Assembly: GCA_039028615.1 (NCBI GenBank)
Contig: JBCCHT010000004.1
Location: 1 to 64,000, forward strand
DNA from: Myxococcota bacterium
GTDB taxonomy: Bacteria > Myxococcota_A > Polyangia > Nannocystales > Nannocystaceae
Length of the DNA: 64,000 nucleotides
Direction: 5' to 3'
Positions 59,789-64,000 of the stretch are shown one piece after another. The notes below the pieces were generated by a model, which saw only the letters and a program-made list of their open reading frames with translations, searched no databases and was not told the DNA's origin. A program made the translations under genes and the position numbers. Each line of letters starts with the position of its first letter. The first letter of the stretch is position 1.

Positions 59789-60805
59789 GTGAAGCCTCGA
59801 CGCGTACCGGCCTGCCGCTTCTTGGTCGTCGTCGCCGCTACGCTCGCGTGCACGACCGAGCCGCCACGCACCACGCCAACACCCAAGCCCACGCCGAAGC
59901 AGGAGGCCGCCCCGGACTCCGCGTGGTACGAGGTCGTCGCGCAAGCACCGGGCCCCGAGTTCACCGATCCAGCCATGCGGGCCGCGGTCGAGGCCAGCGG
60001 TCACCCGTGGAAGGTCCGCGATCGAGCGACGGGGATCGAGTTGGTGCTCGTGCTGCCGGGTGACTTCGACATGGGCTCGCCAGCGACCGAAGAAGGGCGC
60101 CAGGGCCACGAGGGCCCCCAGCACCGCGTCCGCATCTCACACGCGTTCTATCTCGGCACCACCGAGGTCTCGCAGCGCACGTGGGAAGGGCTGATGGGCT
60201 CCACGACCAGCTTCTTCCCGGGCCCCGAGTTGCCGGTCTCGCCGTCGTGGCGAGACGTCGACGGCTTCCTCGCTCGGGCCAATGCCGCTGTCGGCTCCGG
60301 GACCCCACCGCTGCGACTCCCGACCGAAGCGGAGTGGGAGTACGCGAGCCGAGCGGGGACGACGACGCCGCACTGCCTCCCCGACTCGGTCCAAGGACCC
60401 GCCCTCCATACCGTGATGAACTTCAACGACGGTGAGATCAGCAGCGCCGTGGTCGTCGACGGTCGGCTCCAGGTCGAATGGTCCACGCCTCCGTCGCCGG
60501 GCTGTCGCATGACCACCGTCCCCGTCGGCTCTCTACCGCCCAACCGCTGGGGCCTGCACGAGATGCACGGAAACCTCTGGGAGTGGACCGCAGACGCCTA
60601 CCGTCCCGACGCCTACGCCGAACGAGGAGCACTCACCGTCGATCCCTTCGTGAGCGGACCTGCCTCCGGGCTCCATACCCTTCGCGGAGGCTCCTGGTAC
60701 GACCCCGCAGCACAGTGCCGCGCCGCGTCACGCGATGCGGGAGGCGCCGACGTTCAGAGCAATCGGATTGGGTTCCGCGTCGCTCGCACCGCCGGGTCCG
60801 AATGA
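59789..60805 (+). CDS. FGE-sulfatase (SUMF1-like) domain lipoprotein
   Basis: PGDFDMGSP, EGPQHRV, LRLPTEAEWEYA.RAG, PPNRWGLHEMHGNLWEW, RGGSW, IGFRVAR. Confidence 0.92.
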   Translation: MKPRRVPACRFLVVVAATLACTTEPPRTTPTPKPTPKQEAAPDSAWYEVVAQAPGPEFTDPAMRAAVEASGHPWKVRDRATGIELVLVLPGDFDMGSPATEEGRQGHEGPQHRVRISHAFYLGTTEVSQRTWEGLMGSTTSFFPGPELPVSPSWRDVDGFLARANAAVGSGTPPLRLPTEAEWEYASRAGTTTPHCLPDSVQGPALHTVMNFNDGEISSAVVVDGRLQVEWSTPPSPGCRMTTVPVGSLPPNRWGLHEMHGNLWEWTADAYRPDAYAERGALTVDPFVSGPASGLHTLRGGSWYDPAAQCRAASRDAGGADVQSNRIGFRVARTAGSE

Positions 60806-60861
60806 CGAGCGTCGGGCGACTCCCACGCTCCCGAGACGACGAGTTGAGCTAAGCTCCCTTC

Positions 60862-61449
60862 GTGGCCGTCTCGGAGACATCCAAACGACAGGCCCTCGAG
60901 CACTTGAGGACGGCCGATCGGATGCTCGGGGGCGCGCTGGGGACCCTGCGCTTCGTCGCACGCCAGCAGGGTCTCGACATGCTCGGGTTCGAGACCGCCG
61001 AGGGCCTCTTCGGCGAGGCTACGCGGGCCGACGTGCTGTCCGCCGATGAAGCGCTCAGCCACGCTCAGGCCGAATTTCGAAGCGCACTCGATCTGCTCGG
61101 CTCGAGTGCAGACGACTGGACCGAGCTCGAGCAATGGGGCTTCGCCGAGAGCATCGCAGACGGCATCTTCGATCTGTTCGCGCTGTGCAAGGCGCGACGC
61201 AACATCAAAGCCACCGAGCAGGTGCACGAGAAGGTCCGCGTCCTGTTCGACAAGGTCGTGAGGAGCGGGTCGGGCCTTCACGACACCCAGCCCCTCGCCG
61301 ACTGGGACGACGAGGGATTCCGAGGTGAGATGAAGGCACAGTGGCACTTCAACCGCTCGCTCTTTTCCTTTCGGGCGGCCCAGATCGTCGTGTTTGCGGT
61401 CGTGGTTCTCAGCGCCGTTTTTGGCCTCATCCAACACCTGTTCGAGTAG
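60862..61449 (+). CDS. Hypothetical protein with C-terminal TM helix
   Basis: Helical composition; hydrophobic C-terminus. Confidence 0.6.
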   Translation: MAVSETSKRQALEHLRTADRMLGGALGTLRFVARQQGLDMLGFETAEGLFGEATRADVLSADEALSHAQAEFRSALDLLGSSADDWTELEQWGFAESIADGIFDLFALCKARRNIKATEQVHEKVRVLFDKVVRSGSGLHDTQPLADWDDEGFRGEMKAQWHFNRSLFSFRAAQIVVFAVVVLSAVFGLIQHLFE

Positions 61450-61529
61450 ATCGGAAAACGGGGCCCGTGCATGACACGGACCCCGCCATCTTTGCGAGCA
61501 ACCCAGGAGCGAGGGAGTTCCTTGCTCGC

Positions 61530-61916
61530 TCACAGGCAAACATGACCGACGTGACAGTCGGGGCAGCCTTGCGCGGTGCAAGTCCCGCAGTACGCACAGA
61601 TCAAGCACCCGGTCTCCCACGAGATCATGCAGCCCATCGCCATGGGGTCGGGCTCGGTCTCGTCGAGGGTCAGGCGCGTGGTCGGGTCGTACTCGAAGCG
61701 CTCGTCTTCCGCCCGCTCGAGTAGCTCCGCCTCGTCGGAGATGTCGGCGTACACGATGACGTCGGGCTCGTAGTCGAGCTCGAACTCGTCGGCGATCTGC
61801 GACTGGAGCTCGACCAGGTCGGGACGGCCGGCATCCTCCTTCTCGACGTCGCACGCGACGGTGGACAGCAGGGCGAAGGAGGCAATGGTGAGAGCGGCGA
61901 GGGTCTTGATGGTCAT
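61530..61916 (-). CDS. Small lipoprotein with acidic middle and Cys-rich C-terminus (8 Cys, includes CPDCH)
   Basis: AAGGA RBS; lipobox TVAC; tail GCMISWETGCLICAYCGTCTAQGCPDCHVGHVCL. Confidence 0.72.
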   Translation of the reverse strand: MTIKTLAALTIASFALLSTVACDVEKEDAGRPDLVELQSQIADEFELDYEPDVIVYADISDEAELLERAEDERFEYDPTTRLTLDETEPDPMAMGCMISWETGCLICAYCGTCTAQGCPDCHVGHVCL

Positions 61917-62197
61917 CGGTTCGTTCCTTGTTTTCGGAGGACGCGGCGATAGACCAGCCACCGCCCGAATCGATCACTGTCCGACCGAACTTTTGTGGCT
62001 GAACCGCGAAAAAGGCGCAGCGGCTCCACCTGGGTTCCAAGATGCGAACTCAGGTTCTTTTCGCCTCGAAGCAATCCGATCGACACCCTGGAGGACCTTT
62101 CCGATCGAGCACAGTGGCGCGACGGAGCGCTCGCCGACGAAACCACGGCGACCGACTCCGAGCCGCACAACTACGCCCCGAAGCACGCAGGTCCATC

Positions 62198-63571
62198 ATG
62201 AACACCGCCTCCATCGCCGCCTCCTTTGCCGTCCTGGCCGGTCTGCTCACCAGCACCTCGGCCCTCGCTGCGACCTATCAGGTCACCACGACCGCCGACG
62301 ACCTGGATCCGGCGCTGTGTGACGACACCGCAGCGAGCCGATGCTCGCTTCGCACGGCCATCGATCTGGCCAACCAGACCGCCGAGCACGACGACATCAT
62401 CGTCCCGCCCGGCCTGTACGTCCTGGACAACGACGGCGAAGGCACCATCGAGATCCACACGCCGATGGCAATCATCGGGCAGGCCGCAGGCCGCACCGTC
62501 ATCGAGCCCAGCATGCCCCTGCAGGCAGGGTTTTTCATCAGCGGTGAAGAGACCGAGGTTCGCTTCGAGTCGCTCTCGTTCGAGGGAGGGTCGGAGCCCC
62601 AGCACGGATTGCTGCAAGCCTTCGGCGCAGGGAGCTTGTATCTGCTGGACGTCGACGTCCTCGACTTCGACTTCGACGAGACCCTGGTCGCCGCCCAAGG
62701 AACGAACCTGCAGCTGCACGGCGTGACGTTCGCGGGCAACACCACCGACGAGAGCGCCGAGCCCATGGTGTGGACCACGGGCCACCTGCTCGCCGAGCGG
62801 CTCGTCCTCGCCGATAACGTGATGGAAGGTGAAGGGTCTTCCGTCGTCGACGCCTCGGGCGGAATGGCCCGACTCCGACACATCGAGATCCGCGACAACT
62901 CGAGCGACAGCTTCATCGTGCAGCTCCGCTCCCACTTCCATGTCGAGGGGCTCTACTTCCACGACAACGCATCCGAAGACGGCGGCCTCGCCGTGGGCCA
63001 TTCGAACGGCGGGGTGATCGAGCAGTCGACCTTCGCCTCCAATACGGCGAAGGAAGGTGCTGCGCTCCTCGTCGTCGAACCCGAGGTCAACTACGTCACC
63101 ACCGAAGTCGAAAACAGCACGTTCTTCGGCAATGAAGGAGTCAGGGGCTCCGCGATTGCGGCCGCGGGCATGGTCCAAGGTCGTCACCTCACGATCGCCG
63201 ACAACGACAGCGAGTTCGGCGTCATCTATGGCATCGCCGGAGTCGCCACCAAGATCGAGCTGGAGGCGAGCGTGGTGGCAGGCAAGTCCGCAGCACCGGT
63301 TTGTGGCGGGGTGCCGCTCGGCTCCAACGGCTACAACCTGTTCGAGGACGCCAGCTGCCCCGCGTCTGCGCTCGACATCGTCGAGCAGCCGGCCGGGCTC
63401 GATGACCAGCTCACGTACGGCAACTTCACGCCTACCGTGCAGCCGCGTGGGAAGAGCCCTCTACTCGATGCCGTCCCGACGTCGGCGCTCCAGGCCGACC
63501 AACGCGGGCGGTCTCGCGTGGCGGGGGCGGCGGACATCGGCGCGGTGGAGTGCGGCGCTCACGGTTGCTGA
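62198..63571 (+). CDS. CSLREA-domain / choice-of-anchor-Q beta-helix secreted protein
   Basis: YQVTTTADD...CSLRTAI..AN; repeated F..N motifs; SPLLDA...DQRG..R...ADIGAVE. Confidence 0.85.
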   Translation: MNTASIAASFAVLAGLLTSTSALAATYQVTTTADDLDPALCDDTAASRCSLRTAIDLANQTAEHDDIIVPPGLYVLDNDGEGTIEIHTPMAIIGQAAGRTVIEPSMPLQAGFFISGEETEVRFESLSFEGGSEPQHGLLQAFGAGSLYLLDVDVLDFDFDETLVAAQGTNLQLHGVTFAGNTTDESAEPMVWTTGHLLAERLVLADNVMEGEGSSVVDASGGMARLRHIEIRDNSSDSFIVQLRSHFHVEGLYFHDNASEDGGLAVGHSNGGVIEQSTFASNTAKEGAALLVVEPEVNYVTTEVENSTFFGNEGVRGSAIAAAGMVQGRHLTIADNDSEFGVIYGIAGVATKIELEASVVAGKSAAPVCGGVPLGSNGYNLFEDASCPASALDIVEQPAGLDDQLTYGNFTPTVQPRGKSPLLDAVPTSALQADQRGRSRVAGAADIGAVECGAHGC

Positions 63572-63690
63572 TGTCCGACTCGCCAGGCCGACCCGCTCGG
63601 TTCATACGGCCCGATACCCGCTGCGGTCTCGGGCCGTACTTCGTCGCCGCCCCCCACAAAATTCGCCCGAGCACCGTATAGTTCACCACG

Positions 63691-64000
63691 ATGGACGTCT
63701 CGTTCAGAACCGGCCGCCCCCTCGAGGGCGACCCGTGGTGCTGCGACGAGCATGACGACATCGAGTCTGCGCTCGATGCTCTCGACGCCCAGCTCGACGC
63801 CGACGACCTCGCCGCGCTGGTGTTCGCCCAGCCCTGCCCCGAGGGCCTGTCTCTACCCCGGCTGTGGCGAAGAGTTCTCGGCCACCTGACCCAGCGAGAC
63901 TTCGACCGCCCACTCGAGGTCTGGGCGCCATCGGCCACGGTCATCGACCACCTCGTTCGCTATCTCCCCGTCGACGCTCGACCCTTCACTCAGCATCAAC
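63691..64000 (+). CDS. Hypothetical protein, 3' partial
   Basis: Open frame from ATG 63691 (MDVSFRTGRPLEGDPWCC...) to the window edge. Confidence 0.5.
   Translation, partial: MDVSFRTGRPLEGDPWCCDEHDDIESALDALDAQLDADDLAALVFAQPCPEGLSLPRLWRRVLGHLTQRDFDRPLEVWAPSATVIDHLVRYLPVDARPFTQHQ

Noticed and set aside
54008..64000. Prophage or integrative island at tRNA-Lys
   Set aside because: No integrase, no phage genes and no duplicated tRNA 3' end seen; darP lies within 4 kb. At most a small variable islet.

Overview
GC-rich chromosomal window whose gene content points to a myxobacterium, probably Nannocystaceae-like (inference): Ser/Thr-rich lipoproteins, Ser/Thr kinase-TPR receptors next to a myxobacterial-type ECF sigma factor, and a large S41 protease. 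About 50 credible CDSs and one tRNA-Lys(CTT) are present. No rRNA, CRISPR array, integrase or transposase is visible. Recognisable genes include manA, pgm, tldD/pmbA, a SUI1/yciH-like factor, darP(yjgA), GSTs, a VKOR-DsbA fusion and a sterol-desaturase-family gene. The best candidate for an undescribed system is a tightly coupled four-gene minus-strand operon (14.9-16.6 kb) encoding two divergent stand-alone V4R-fold proteins and two small unknown proteins, with no output domain. Other leads: a pair of large paralogous secreted proteins, one carrying a CglF/GltF-like motif (10.4-14.9 kb); a Tat/lipoprotein-signal TldD with a signal-less PmbA; an FHA membrane protein with 11 S-[VD]-[YW]-S-[LM] repeats coupled to a membrane-anchored zincin; a lipoprotein with a knottin-like Cys cluster fused to an S74 self-cleaving chaperone; a tandem-duplicated di-haem lipoprotein; a histone-H1-like KKKTAA array fused in frame to DUF2461; a WGR-like/MORN/LRR gene split by a single in-frame TAG just after the tRNA; an alpha/beta-hydrolase lacking its nucleophile; and a ~650-bp hairpin-rich intergenic region. 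All family assignments are from motif recognition by eye, not database searches. Start codons were adjusted from the ORF track where a downstream start is more plausible.
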